NCBI GenBank assembly: GCA_049516875.1
Contig: JBEKSS010000001.1
Span: forward strand, 64,001 to 128,000
Reading direction: 5' to 3'
From: Candidatus Bathyarchaeia archaeon
GTDB taxonomy: Archaea > Thermoproteota > Bathyarchaeia > Bathyarchaeales > Bathycorpusculaceae
Length of the DNA: 64,000 nt
The notes under the pieces were generated by a model that had not been told where the DNA came from, searched no databases, and worked only from the letters and a program-made list of their open reading frames with translations. The translations under genes and the position numbers were made by a program. Below are positions 38,712 through 49,437 of the stretch, in pieces. Every line of letters starts with the position of its first letter. Position 1 is the first letter of the stretch.

Positions 38712-40265
38712 CTGCTTCCAAGCGAACTCCTTGCGGTGTGGAAAAGGAAAGGCAACATCTGGCCCAGATACGCAAGAGCGACCGAAGACACCTTGCAAAT
38801 CGCAAACAGCCTGATTGAAGCCTACAAGAACCAAGTAGGCGAAAAGAAAAGCGTTCTAAAAGCGTTTGCCGGCGAACTTGAGGACGAAGGATACGAATAC
38901 CGCTTTGTCAGAGGCCTCGCCTGTCTCCTGGACAGAAAAGGCACGTTCAAGTGCAACGACAAAATCAACCCGGTAGAGCTGAGAAGAAGAGTTTTTCAGG
39001 CAACAGAAAAGTTTGGCCTTGCGACTACCACGGAACGAAGGAACAGAATAGTCGAAACCGTATCCTCAGAATTGAAGATAACGCCTCAGGCTGTTGACGA
39101 ATTTCTCTACGCTGACCTTGACAGTGAACTAGTCCTTGAAAAATTCGAGCCGCCAACGACTGATGAACTGCTGAAAGAGTACAACCTCAGCCTGACACAA
39201 ACACTCCTCTTCGATTCGACAGAACTGAACTTCACTGCGTCAGGCAACTGGCAGAAGATATTCTACGCCGTGAAAAGGCTGGGACTAATCTACGAGGTCT
39301 ACAAGGACGGCGGGTTCTGGGTGAAGATAGACGGGCCCGCCAGCCTGTTCAAACTCACCAGAAGGTACGGGACAGCAACGGCCAAGCTTCTCCCCATAAT
39401 CATCGCAAGCCCAGAGTGGACTGTTGAAGCGAAGATTCTGTGGAGATACACAAACGAGATATGCAGCTTCAAAATTGAAAGCTGGAAACACCGCTCAATG
39501 CTCAAGAGCCCTCAGCAGCCAACAGTATCCTACGACAGCATCGTCGAACAGGACTTCGCCGGGCAGTTTGAAGGTCTAAGAACAGGATGGCAGCTGAAAA
39601 GAGAACCTGAACCTGTTCCCGTGGGAAAACAGGTGATAATACCCGACTTTTCCCTCGAAAAGGAAGGCGTCAAAGTGTACATGGAAATCGTGGGGTTCTG
39701 GACACTCGAATACTTGCTCCACAAGATGGAGAAACTGAAAAAGATCGATGCAAACACGCTCGTAGCCGTCAACGAAAATCTAGCCTGCGAAAAACTCGCA
39801 GACCTACAGAAAAACGCACAAATAAACATAATATACTACCGCGACAAAATCCCGTTAGCCCCTGTTCTCCGCTACCTAGAAGGAGCATTCCAGAGCGTTC
39901 AAGCAACACAAACAGGATTCCTGAAAAACCTGCCTGTGATATTCACCGAACCCGTTGTCAACTACGAAGAGTTTGCCGCCAGAATCGGCGTATCCACCGA
40001 GGCCGTAAAAGTGGCACTGACAGAGAAGCCGCCGGAAGGCTACACGGTGATGCCCAGCGGCTTAGTTAGAAAAGACAAGCTTGAACAGATCAGAAAGGAA
40101 ATCGAAGAACAACTAAGCCGAACAGGCAGACTGCCTCTGCCCGACGCTATAAGAATCATTGAAACAGAAGGAGTATCAGACGCAACTAAGTCGCTCGAAA
40201 CCCTCGGGTACAAAATAGTCTGGCGCGGAATCAACGCTGAAAAAGCAGAGGTCACTAAGCCCTAG
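38712..40265 (+). CDS. bax1: Bax1 endonuclease (DUF790), probable CTG start
   Basis: CTG-LPSELL N-terminus, YNLSLTQTLL, IDGPASL, IPDF...EIVGFWT; follows xpb. Confidence 0.88.
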   Translation: MLPSELLAVWKRKGNIWPRYARATEDTLQIANSLIEAYKNQVGEKKSVLKAFAGELEDEGYEYRFVRGLACLLDRKGTFKCNDKINPVELRRRVFQATEKFGLATTTERRNRIVETVSSELKITPQAVDEFLYADLDSELVLEKFEPPTTDELLKEYNLSLTQTLLFDSTELNFTASGNWQKIFYAVKRLGLIYEVYKDGGFWVKIDGPASLFKLTRRYGTATAKLLPIIIASPEWTVEAKILWRYTNEICSFKIESWKHRSMLKSPQQPTVSYDSIVEQDFAGQFEGLRTGWQLKREPEPVPVGKQVIIPDFSLEKEGVKVYMEIVGFWTLEYLLHKMEKLKKIDANTLVAVNENLACEKLADLQKNAQINIIYYRDKIPLAPVLRYLEGAFQSVQATQTGFLKNLPVIFTEPVVNYEEFAARIGVSTEAVKVALTEKPPEGYTVMPSGLVRKDKLEQIRKEIEEQLSRTGRLPLPDAIRIIETEGVSDATKSLETLGYKIVWRGINAEKAEVTKP

Positions 40266-40353
40266 AACAACACCATCATCAGCATGAACGAATTTATAAG
40301 TCAAAACGTCAGCATAATGAAATTCAAGGGTTTTCCTTAAAGGATGTGAACAG

Positions 40354-41133
40354 ATGAAAAGAACAAAAGCCAAATCTGCAGAAAGCACCTTGAAGAAGAA
40401 AGAACGATTGTGGTTTGACGAGCTGAGCATGAAGGAAGCGGAAAGCAGGGCAAAGGCGAGAAGCGTTGTTATTATTCCTATTGGAAGCGTTGAAGAACAC
40501 GGAGATCATCTGCCGCTCTGTACGGACAGTGTGCAACCTGAGTACGTGGCTTTGAAAGTAGCCAAGAAAACAGGGTGCTTTGTCGCGCCTCCACTGCGGT
40601 ACGGTGTCTGCAACTCTGCACGGGGTTTTCCAGGCACCATCTCAATAACATTCGGTGCGCTGTACAAGATGACGCGAGACATCCTTGAAGAATTCCTCCG
40701 CAACCGTTTCACAAGGATTCTGGTGTTGAGCGGTCACGCGGGTCAAGCGCACATGGCCGCCCTCAGACTTGCGGCTCAGGAAGTTGTCTGGCAACATGAA
40801 AAGGAAAGCCCTGAAAAAAGACCGAGGATAATGGTTTGTTCAGACTACGACTTCGCCTATGAGTTGAAAGGGAAATACTTCAGCGAGAAGGACGGTCACG
40901 CAGGGACGATTGAAACTTCACGGGTAATGGCTATAAGACCTGAACTGATAAAGGCCATAGGCACGAAAAGTTTTCCACGATTCCCAAGGTTCGAAATAGT
41001 GGCCGACCCAGAGCGTTACTTCCCAAGCGGAGTGATAGGCGATCCAACAGCGGCGTCACCTGAAAAAGGCAGAATGATAAACAGGTATGTCGTAAAAGAG
41101 GTCGTGAAATTAGTAGAAGAACTCAAGCGCTGA
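40354..41133 (+). CDS. Creatininase family protein
   Basis: GSVEEHGDHLP..TD, GHAG, HAGTIETS. Confidence 0.9.
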   Translation: MKRTKAKSAESTLKKKERLWFDELSMKEAESRAKARSVVIIPIGSVEEHGDHLPLCTDSVQPEYVALKVAKKTGCFVAPPLRYGVCNSARGFPGTISITFGALYKMTRDILEEFLRNRFTRILVLSGHAGQAHMAALRLAAQEVVWQHEKESPEKRPRIMVCSDYDFAYELKGKYFSEKDGHAGTIETSRVMAIRPELIKAIGTKSFPRFPRFEIVADPERYFPSGVIGDPTAASPEKGRMINRYVVKEVVKLVEELKR

Positions 41134-41261
41134 CGAACCGTCAAAAGGCATGTTATTACCTATTTTCCGCAGAAACAATTTTCACAAACAATCGTAATCG
41201 ACAACCAAAGCCATGAAAACTCTTAAAGAGGATGAAGATGTACTGAAGGCAGGGTTCAAGC

Positions 41262-42263
41262 ATGTCACTTGAGGAGAACAAGCCAGAATTCATGCAAGTC
41301 ACAGGCAATCTTGAGCTGACCGGCAAAGCCGACGATGGCAGTTTATTGGTAAAACATCGCCAGACAGGTAACGTTTGCGCCATAGCGGACACGTTTGCTG
41401 AAATGTTTCCTATGTGGGCTGGAAGAGTTCTGATTACTGCGGACATGGAGAAATGGGCTTTGACAGCTGCCGAGGTTGCAACTGGATTGGCGACGAGCGT
41501 GATAATGTCCCCAGCTGAGGCGGGAATCGAAAGTGTCGTGCTGGCGGAAAAGACCCCAGACAATCGAATCGGCGTTCTGATACAAATGTACAATCGCAGC
41601 AGGTTCGAGCTGAACGGACAGATGATACTGCGCATTGGACAGTGTGTAATGACGTGTCCAACGACGTCGGCTTTTGACGCCATACCGAACGCTAAGAGAA
41701 CGCTGAAAGTTGGAAGAAGCATATGCCTGTTCGGCGACGGGTTCCAGAGAAAGGGCTTGGTGGGATCACGCAAGGTTTGGAAAATCCCCGTGATGGAAGG
41801 CGACTTCATCGTTGAAGACCGATTCGGCATTGCGGAGGCCATAGCTGGAGGTAACTTCATCATCTTTGCTCAGGATAGAGCTTCAGGCCTCGCGGCGGCG
41901 GAGGAAGCGGTGAGAGCCATAAAAGCCAAGAAAAGCGAGGTTATCCTGCCTTTTCCAGGCGGAATTTGCCGTTCGGGCTCAAAAGTCGGTTCTCTGAAGT
42001 ACAAGTTGAAAGCTTCAACGAATCATCCTTTCTGTCCGAGGTTGAGAGAGCTCGTGCCCGATTCGCAGGTGCCCGAAGGCGTGAAGTGCGTCTACGAAAT
42101 CGTCATCAACGGCTTAAGCCTTGAAGCAGTTAAGAGGGCTATAGGCGATGGGGTGAAGGCTGCGGCAGGCGTGCCCGGCGTCGTCAAGATTTCGGCAGGC
42201 AACTACGGAGGAAAGATAGGTCCGTACAAAGCGTTTCTAAAAGAGGCTTTGGAGACAACTTAG
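41262..42263 (+). CDS. ftr: Formylmethanofuran:H4MPT formyltransferase
   Basis: DTFAEMF, ATSVI, TPD, RIGQCVMTCPT, GGICRSGSK, AGNYGG. Confidence 0.93.
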   Translation: MSLEENKPEFMQVTGNLELTGKADDGSLLVKHRQTGNVCAIADTFAEMFPMWAGRVLITADMEKWALTAAEVATGLATSVIMSPAEAGIESVVLAEKTPDNRIGVLIQMYNRSRFELNGQMILRIGQCVMTCPTTSAFDAIPNAKRTLKVGRSICLFGDGFQRKGLVGSRKVWKIPVMEGDFIVEDRFGIAEAIAGGNFIIFAQDRASGLAAAEEAVRAIKAKKSEVILPFPGGICRSGSKVGSLKYKLKASTNHPFCPRLRELVPDSQVPEGVKCVYEIVINGLSLEAVKRAIGDGVKAAAGVPGVVKISAGNYGGKIGPYKAFLKEALETT

Positions 42264-42330
42264 CCGCGCTCCCAAAATCTTATTTGAAGCCTCAATGTAG
42301 CTTTATCAATGAAACGTCCCGTGAAGGCAA

Positions 42331-43596
42331 TTGAGCACATCAAAGAAGACTTCCTTGGAACTGTTCAGACTGAAAAAGACACTGATGACACTGGCCAGAA
42401 AAGAGGGGCGTGGAACCGAACTCGTTTCGGTCTACGTTCCGCCTGGAAAACAGATAAGCGACGTTTTAAACACGCTCCGAGACGAGTACGGCACCGCGTC
42501 TAACATTAAGTCTACGACAACCCGAAAAAACGTCATGGAGGCAATCGTGAAAGTTCAGCAACGCCTCAAACTTTTCAAAGAGCCCCCTGAAAACGGGCTA
42601 GTGATATTCTGCGGAGCCATCCCCCAGAACGGTGCTGGAAGCGAGAGAATCGAAACCTACGTGATTGTGCCGCCTGAGCCGATACACATCTACCTTTACA
42701 GGTGTGACGCGAGATTCCACACCGAGTACCTGCAAGAGATGCTGAGAGAAAAGGAAACGTACGGCATACTTCTCATAGACTCTTCAGGCGCAACGCTTGC
42801 AACGCTTCAGGGCAGAAGACTTGAAATAGTCAGGGAAATGACGTCGGGCGTGCCGGGGAAAACCCGCGCCGGCGGACAATCTGCGAGAAGGTACGAGAGG
42901 CTCAGGGAAATGAGGCTTCAAGAATACTTCACGCGAGTGGGCGAACACGCTAACGAGATTTTTCTGCCCATTGAAAACTTTAAGGGCTTAATAATCGCCG
43001 GGCCCGGACCCACGAAGTACGATTTTGAAAAGGGCGAGTACCTAAATTACATGCTGAAAAACAAGATCATCGACACCGTGGACACGGCTTACGTGGAAGA
43101 GCAGGGCGTCAAAGAAGTTGTTGAGAAAGCTCCAGAAGTTATGCGGAAGGTGCGTTACATAGAAGAGAGGAGGATGGTGCAGCAATTCCTCTACGAAGTC
43201 GGACATGACACTGGAAAAATCACGTACGGCGAAGAAGAGGTCAGAAGAGCACTGGAAGCGGGAGCTGTTAGGACGTTGCTGCTTTCTGAAGGGCTGGAAA
43301 TGACGAGAGTCACGGTGAAGTGCAATGCCTGCGGCTACCAAGAACAAAACACGATAAAAAGCCAGACGCTGGTCAGCTTTGAGCAGGGCCTCTCTGGAAG
43401 ACCGTGCCCAAAGTGCAACGCTGCAGCGCTGGGCATGGCGGACACAGAGGATCTGATAGATGATTTTGCCAAACTTGCGGAATACACGAAAACCGAGGTG
43501 GAGATAATATCAACCGAAACAGAAGAAGGGCAGATGCTTAAAAACTCGTTCGGTGGAATAGCCGCAATACTGCGCTTCCAACTTCACGACCAGTGA
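42331..43596 (+). CDS. prf1: Peptide chain release factor aRF1
   Basis: NIKS, YRCD, GGQS motifs; CxxC...CxxC mini-domain. Confidence 0.96.
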   Translation: MSTSKKTSLELFRLKKTLMTLARKEGRGTELVSVYVPPGKQISDVLNTLRDEYGTASNIKSTTTRKNVMEAIVKVQQRLKLFKEPPENGLVIFCGAIPQNGAGSERIETYVIVPPEPIHIYLYRCDARFHTEYLQEMLREKETYGILLIDSSGATLATLQGRRLEIVREMTSGVPGKTRAGGQSARRYERLREMRLQEYFTRVGEHANEIFLPIENFKGLIIAGPGPTKYDFEKGEYLNYMLKNKIIDTVDTAYVEEQGVKEVVEKAPEVMRKVRYIEERRMVQQFLYEVGHDTGKITYGEEEVRRALEAGAVRTLLLSEGLEMTRVTVKCNACGYQEQNTIKSQTLVSFEQGLSGRPCPKCNAAALGMADTEDLIDDFAKLAEYTKTEVEIISTETEEGQMLKNSFGGIAAILRFQLHDQ

Positions 43597-43602
43597 ATAT
43601 GG

Positions 43603-43878
43603 CTATGCGCGCGTTAGTGCACGTTCGATGTCGCTTTTTTCAGCGTCTTTCACGAGCAACCTTTTCTGTTTAGAAGAAGAACCGGAAACAAGCTCCACCC
43701 TCTTGCCGAAAAACCTTGAAAGCTTCTTAACCAATTCCTTGTTGACCCTTCCTTCAACGGGCTCTTCCGAGCAGTGAATCACGATATCATCCCCTTCAAC
43801 CACGATTTTAAACTCCTTTGACCGCGGCTTTACATAAACATCCAAGATTAGACCTTTCTCGGTTTCCTTGATTTTCAC
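43603..43878 (-). CDS. DUF167 (YggU) protein
   Basis: VYVKPRS...PVEGRVNKEL...SGSSSKQK. Confidence 0.88.
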   Translation of the reverse strand: MKIKETEKGLILDVYVKPRSKEFKIVVEGDDIVIHCSEEPVEGRVNKELVKKLSRFFGKRVELVSGSSSKQKRLLVKDAEKSDIERALTRA

Positions 43879-43997
43879 TAAACTTTCACGTCAAAGCTAA
43901 CTTTAGAATCTCATTGGATAAAAACATGTTCAGACAAGAGGGCTCTAACGGAAAAAGCTAAGCGGCAAACAGGTTCTACAGTGTCTAGGCGTCAGAG

Positions 43998-45128
43998 TTG
44001 AAGCATCCGTCAATGTATCTAGACTGGTATGTCCATGTGCCCAAGGTAAGATACGATTTTAGGTCCAGCGGCACGGCCTACTTCACTCATGACCTGAGGC
44101 TGAACCGTCTGGATTTGAGCGTCAACTACGATCATGGGAATCCTGAAACAACGGCGCAGCTGGCCAAGTGGTACGATGTGAAGCCTGAAAACGTTTTCGT
44201 CTCTAGCGAGGGAGCTTCAGGCCAGAACGCCCGCATCATCAGATGCTTGGCAGAGAAAAGCCCTAGGAAAAACGAGGCAGTGGTGGAGTATCCTACTTAC
44301 GAACCTTTGCTGAGGCAGGTTCAGGAACATTTCAAGCATGTGAAAAGGCTGGAAAGAAGAGAGGAAGATGCGTACAGGCTTGACGCGGATGAACTTCTGA
44401 AGGTCGTTTCAGAAAAAACTGGCTTACTCGTGTTGACTAATCCTCACGCGCCGAGCGGAGCAACGTCCAATGCGAACGAACTGAGGGAGATGATGACTGT
44501 TGCGCGCGAGCACGGCTTCTATGTGTTGTGCGACGAAATATACGCTGAGTTTGACCGCAAAACGGTGCCGTCGCTCTTCTCCGTGGATCCAGAGGGGGGC
44601 ATAGTTACGACGAGCTTCACAAAGGCCTACGGTCTGGGAGGGTTAAAACTGGGCATCGCGTTGGTTGAGAAGGAACTTGTCGACGAACTGTACGCGGACG
44701 TGCTGAACACTGTTGGCAACAGTCCCAATGTTGTGCAGCTTATCGCGGCAGAATTGCTGTCTGAAGGCAGGGAAAAGCTTGAAGAACACAAGCATAAATG
44801 GGCGCATCTGATGAGCCAAACTCGAGAGTGGCTGAACGAAGAAGGCCTACAGTTCTTCCCAAGCAAGGTGGGGGTGACCTATTGGGTGAAACTGCCGATA
44901 AAAGACACGTACAGATGGACAAACGAGTGCACAATCCCTGTCTACAGCTTGGCTGCAGTGCCTGGAACGTTCTTCCTCTTCAAAAACGACTACAAACTAG
45001 CAAAGACTGACACGATAAGGCTGAGTCTTGGCAACTTGAACCCTGAAAAACCAACGCTGACAGGAGCCCTGGACACGCTGGAAACAGCACTGAACGGTCA
45101 CCAACGCTGGCAAGAAACAAAGCAGTAA
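43998..45128 (+). CDS. PLP-dependent aminotransferase class I/II
   Basis: TNPHAPSG, DEIY, SFTKAYGLGG. Confidence 0.88.
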   Translation: MKHPSMYLDWYVHVPKVRYDFRSSGTAYFTHDLRLNRLDLSVNYDHGNPETTAQLAKWYDVKPENVFVSSEGASGQNARIIRCLAEKSPRKNEAVVEYPTYEPLLRQVQEHFKHVKRLERREEDAYRLDADELLKVVSEKTGLLVLTNPHAPSGATSNANELREMMTVAREHGFYVLCDEIYAEFDRKTVPSLFSVDPEGGIVTTSFTKAYGLGGLKLGIALVEKELVDELYADVLNTVGNSPNVVQLIAAELLSEGREKLEEHKHKWAHLMSQTREWLNEEGLQFFPSKVGVTYWVKLPIKDTYRWTNECTIPVYSLAAVPGTFFLFKNDYKLAKTDTIRLSLGNLNPEKPTLTGALDTLETALNGHQRWQETKQ

Positions 45129-45362
45129 ACTGAACCGTGGGTGCTCATGTCGGGTTTCGAGCCCTTGTGTTTGAGTACTCAATCCGTGATTTCTTTGAGA
45201 CTCAAACAGTTGAGGATTCTTTGTTGATTGGTTTGCCTGGGCTTGTGATGTGTGTTTTTTGGGTTGTTTGCGGCTGGAAGGGGTGTGATCTGGCTGATTT
45301 TGGTGGTTGCAATGGAAAATGTTTTATGCTCATCCCATGTAAATGTTGGAAAGGGATGATAT

Positions 45363-45527
45363 ATGGCTAAATGTCCTTTATGTGGAAAAGAAGTCAGCAC
45401 TCCTAAGAAAACTTGGAAGATGGCGGGCAAACCAGACAAGAGCGGCAAGAGAACAGAATTAACAATCGGACTCTTTGAGCACTGCGGGAAGACTTTCAGA
45501 TCTACGCTGGGAAAAAGAAAAATCTAG
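45363..45527 (+). CDS. Cren7-like chromatin protein (54 aa)
   Basis: Below ORF cutoff: MAKCPLCGKEVSTPKKTWKMAGKPDKSGKRTELTIGLFEHCGKTFRSTLGKRKI; P-K-W...IGLF...GK-FR pattern; T-run terminator after. Confidence 0.8.
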   Translation: MAKCPLCGKEVSTPKKTWKMAGKPDKSGKRTELTIGLFEHCGKTFRSTLGKRKI

Positions 45528-45750
45528 ACTCACACAAGAACACTTCAACCCTATCTTTTTTTCTATTTTCAATGAGAAATCAGTGGAATTCAGCAAGAAG
45601 AAGAATCGACAATCCAGAATGGACCGCGCATGTATCCACTAGTTCAAGCGCGTGTTTCCTTCATTCCAAGTTCTTGTCCGGAGCACGCGTAGGCGGGGCG
45701 TTTGTGGAAGAATTATAAGACCAGCCGCTGGACTAGTACATTGATGCCGG

Positions 45751-46344
45751 ATGTCAATAGTCGGCTTAGATTTGGCAGGAGTTGAAAGCAGACCCACGGG
45801 TCTTTGCGTCCTCAAGTATATGAAAGCAGAGACTTCTCTAGTCTACAAAGATGAAGAAGTGTTGAAGAGAATAGAGGAAAGCAAACCCAAGATAGTTGCT
45901 ATCGATGCGCCTTTGAGTCTTCCGGCAGGGAGAGAGTCCATAGAGCAGAGGACAAACGTTCACTTGAGGGAATGTGACAAGGAACTCCTGCGGAGAGGGA
46001 TAAGATTCTTCCCAATCACCCTCGGTCCCATGAGAAAACTCACTAACCGGGGCATAAATCTGAGAAGAATCCTTGAAGACAAGCATTCTAGAGTGATAGA
46101 GGTCTATCCGGGAGGCGCCCAAGACGTTCTGGGAATTCCTAGAAAGCAACAAGGACTGGAGAGATTGAGAGCGGGTTTGGAGAAGGTGGGAGTAAGAGGG
46201 CTGAACAGTCGAATGAGCGATCATGAGCTGGACGCTGTTACATGCGCTCTAGTAGGTAAACTCTTGTTAGAAGGAAAAAGCGTTACTTACGGAACCTCCG
46301 AGCAGGCGATAGTAATGCCCAAAGGTGAACCAGGTGGGAATTAA
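45751..46344 (+). CDS. DUF429 (RNase H-like nuclease fold) protein
   Basis: VGLDLAG, AIDAPL, IEVYP, HELDA. Confidence 0.88.
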   Translation: MSIVGLDLAGVESRPTGLCVLKYMKAETSLVYKDEEVLKRIEESKPKIVAIDAPLSLPAGRESIEQRTNVHLRECDKELLRRGIRFFPITLGPMRKLTNRGINLRRILEDKHSRVIEVYPGGAQDVLGIPRKQQGLERLRAGLEKVGVRGLNSRMSDHELDAVTCALVGKLLLEGKSVTYGTSEQAIVMPKGEPGGN

Positions 46345-47437
46345 GCGAATCGAGATTCACGCCGTCACTTTAAGATATGAGGAACCTTTCAGAATTGCCT
46401 CTGGAGCAAGCACGGAAAGCTACAATGTCAACGTTAAGATAATCACAGACTACGATGTCACTGGCTGGGGTGAATCTTCACCGTCCAAGAGAGTGACCGG
46501 CGAAACCTCGGAAACCGTCATCGCGGCTCTTGACAAGATTGCTCCCAAGCTTATTGGTAGGTGTCCTTTGCGAATTGAAGAAACCGTCGAATTCATGGAC
46601 TCCGTTATTGAGGGAAATCCGGCAGCAAAAGCAGCCGTTGACATAGCCCTGCACGACGTTCTGGGAAAAACAGCCCGCAGGCCCCTCTTCATGGTGATGG
46701 GCGGCTACCGAACTGAAGTCTTAACAGACTTGACTTTGAGCGTAAAATCTCCAAAAGAGATGGCCAGAGACGCTGTCAAAGCCGTTAAGAAAGGGTTCAA
46801 AGCCTTGAAAGTGAAGGTTGGAGTTGACCCAGTTGAAGACGCTGAACGCGTAAGAAAAATCCGTGAAGCGGTAGGCTCGGACACACAGATCAGGATTGAT
46901 GCGAATCAAGGTTGGACACCTCGGCAAGCGATACAGGTCCTTAACAAGATAGAGAAGTTCAAAATCCAGTTTGCTGAGCAACCCGTACCGTCAGAAGACA
47001 TCAAAGGTTTGGCAAAAGTCAGGAAAGACTCGCCTATACCGATAATGGCCGATGAAAGTGTACACTCACCCAAAGATGCCATGCGTCTGATACAGGCAGA
47101 AGCCGTTGATTTCATAAACATCAAACTGATGAAAAGCGGCGGGATACTGAGAGGAAGGAAAATCGCCGACGTTGCCGAAGCCGCCGGAATACAATGCATG
47201 ATTGGATGCATGGGCGAGTCCGGGATAGGCATCACCGCAGCAGCCCACCTAGCCGCGGCCGTGAAAAACATTCAATACGCAGACCTGGACTCCGACATTA
47301 TGCTCCAAGACAAACTGGTCAAGAAGGGCGGAACTAAAGTCAAGAATTCTATGCGAACATTTCCAAAGTACGACGGATTGGGCATAGTGGAAGTAGACAA
47401 AGGTTTGTTGGGAAAGCCGCTGAAAATCTACAAGTAA
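46325..47437 (+). CDS. Dipeptide epimerase (enolase superfamily)
   Basis: KVKVG, DANQG, EQP, ADES, NIKLMK, DLD. Confidence 0.9.
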   Translation: MNQVGIKRIEIHAVTLRYEEPFRIASGASTESYNVNVKIITDYDVTGWGESSPSKRVTGETSETVIAALDKIAPKLIGRCPLRIEETVEFMDSVIEGNPAAKAAVDIALHDVLGKTARRPLFMVMGGYRTEVLTDLTLSVKSPKEMARDAVKAVKKGFKALKVKVGVDPVEDAERVRKIREAVGSDTQIRIDANQGWTPRQAIQVLNKIEKFKIQFAEQPVPSEDIKGLAKVRKDSPIPIMADESVHSPKDAMRLIQAEAVDFINIKLMKSGGILRGRKIADVAEAAGIQCMIGCMGESGIGITAAAHLAAAVKNIQYADLDSDIMLQDKLVKKGGTKVKNSMRTFPKYDGLGIVEVDKGLLGKPLKIYK

Positions 47438-47608
47438 TTCGATAAGCGTTATGTTCTGTCACCTCCAGAGCCTCAGCTCCTTCGTTGACTCGTATTACTG
47501 CGGCGGCAGCAGTCGACGCTGCTTAATAGCTAGCACTCAGGGAAAGTTTCTTAAGAGTAGAATACGAAATCGTTACGAATCCGAATCAGAAGCCTATTGA
47601 GGATTCTA

Positions 47609-48778
47609 ATGAAAAAAACTGGAAAATATCTGTTCACTTCGGAATCCGTGGCAGAAGGACATCCAGACAAAGTCGCTGACCAAGTGTCAGACGCTGTGCT
47701 CGATGCTGTCTTGTGTAAAGATCCTAAAGGAAGAGTTGACTGCGAAACACTTGTAATGCAAGGAAACGTCATAGTCACTGGTCAAATCACAACCTCCTGC
47801 TACGTGGACATTCCTAGCGTCGTTAGAAAAACATTGAAAGAAATAGGGTTGGATAATGCCAAAGATGGCATGGATTGGGAAACTTGTGGCGTGCTGGTTT
47901 CGATAACAGAGCAGTCCCCAGACATTGCGATGGGAGTTGATGAGACCGAAACTCATGAACAGGGAGCTGGAGATCAAGGAATGGTGTTCGGCTATGCAAC
48001 AAATGAGACAAAAGAATTAATGCCTCTACCAATAATGCTAGCACACAATCTCGTGAGAAGACTCTCCGAGTGCAGAAAGAACAGAATTTTACCTTATCTA
48101 AGGCCTGATGGCAAGTCGCAGGCCACAGTTGAATACGTCAAAGGAAAACCAAGAAGAGTGACGGCTGTTGTGATAGCTGCCCAACATGTTGAGAGGGTTG
48201 GCAGAGAAAAGATACGGGAAGACATAATAAATCAGGTTATAAAAAAGGTCATACCCAAGACTATGCTTGGCAAAGAAACAAAATACTACGTCAATGAGAC
48301 AGGAAGGTTCGTCGTCGGAGGGACTCTGGCAGACTCAGGCTTGACAGGAAGAAAAATCATTGTTGACACTTATGGAGGCGTTGGAAGTCACGGTGGAGGA
48401 TGTTTCTCTGGAAAAGACCCATCAAAAGTGGACAGGTCCGGATGCTACATGGCAAGGTACATCGCAAAGAATGTCGTCGCTGCGGGTCTGGCGGATCAAT
48501 GCGAAATCCAAATATCATATGCAATTGGCGTAGCACAACCAGTCTCCGTAATGATAAATACGTTCGACACGGGAAAACTGCCCGATGAAAAAATTCTTGA
48601 ACTAGTGAAAAAGCACTTCGACATGAGACCTGGAGCAATCGTAAAACATCTGGATTTGCTTAGACCAATATACAGAAAAACGGCTGTGTTTGGCCATTTT
48701 GGAAGAGATGATCCAGACTTCACATGGGAAAGGACTGACAAAGCAGACATTCTAAGAAGAGATGCTGGAATAAGGTAG
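47609..48778 (+). CDS. metK: S-adenosylmethionine synthetase, bacterial/eukaryotic type
   Basis: [42 protein letters not shown]. Confidence 0.96.
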   Translation: MKKTGKYLFTSESVAEGHPDKVADQVSDAVLDAVLCKDPKGRVDCETLVMQGNVIVTGQITTSCYVDIPSVVRKTLKEIGLDNAKDGMDWETCGVLVSITEQSPDIAMGVDETETHEQGAGDQGMVFGYATNETKELMPLPIMLAHNLVRRLSECRKNRILPYLRPDGKSQATVEYVKGKPRRVTAVVIAAQHVERVGREKIREDIINQVIKKVIPKTMLGKETKYYVNETGRFVVGGTLADSGLTGRKIIVDTYGGVGSHGGGCFSGKDPSKVDRSGCYMARYIAKNVVAAGLADQCEIQISYAIGVAQPVSVMINTFDTGKLPDEKILELVKKHFDMRPGAIVKHLDLLRPIYRKTAVFGHFGRDDPDFTWERTDKADILRRDAGIR

Positions 48779-48837
48779 CTCAGTATAGCACGCGCTTAAG
48801 TGACTCGAGATACTATGAATCGTAAGGAGGGAGGTCT

Positions 48838-49278
48838 ATGAGGGTGGCTGAAGCTATGAGAACGAATTTAGTTATCACTGATGAGAGCGCATCAGTAGCT
48901 GAAGCATCTGCGAACATGCTCAAAAAAGGAGAAGGATGCGCTATTGTTCTAATGGAAGGCAGAGCCTTCGGCATAGTGACTGAACGTGATGTTACTTGGA
49001 AGGTTGCTGGAAAAGGGCTTGACCCGAAGAATGTGAAAGTCGCCGAAATAATGTCGACACCATTGATAACGATTGATCCGGATGCAGATTTAACAGAAGC
49101 AGCCAAGATCATGAAGCAACATAAAATTCGGAGACTAGCAGTCGTTAGGGAAGGAACCCTTCGTGGTGTCGTAACAGCCGCGGATATTGCTCGCAACCTT
49201 GAAAGCTACTTGGACAGAGAGATACGAGACACCCTGAGATACCTATGGAGTCCACGGTATTCTCCCGAAGAGGGTTAA
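48838..49278 (+). CDS. CBS-domain pair protein
   Basis: GIVTERD, IMSTPLITI, IRRLAV. Confidence 0.92.
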   Translation: MRVAEAMRTNLVITDESASVAEASANMLKKGEGCAIVLMEGRAFGIVTERDVTWKVAGKGLDPKNVKVAEIMSTPLITIDPDADLTEAAKIMKQHKIRRLAVVREGTLRGVVTAADIARNLESYLDREIRDTLRYLWSPRYSPEEG

Positions 49279-49437
49279 CTTGAACTCCTGGCCTGCGCCG
49301 CTTGGATATAGGAATTTAGGTTTTCTTCGCTTGTTCATACTCCGTGTTTAGTTCTGCAGGTGCCGCCTGGATTCACACTGATGAAAAGTGATAAGTTCTG
49401 TCAGAAGACTACATTAGCTCGTGCGGAGGAAGGGTTG

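Noticed and set aside
49278-49296. Possible att remnant resembling the tRNA-Ala T-arm
   Set aside because: Only 15/19 identity, lacks the tRNA 3' end, and no integrase is nearby.
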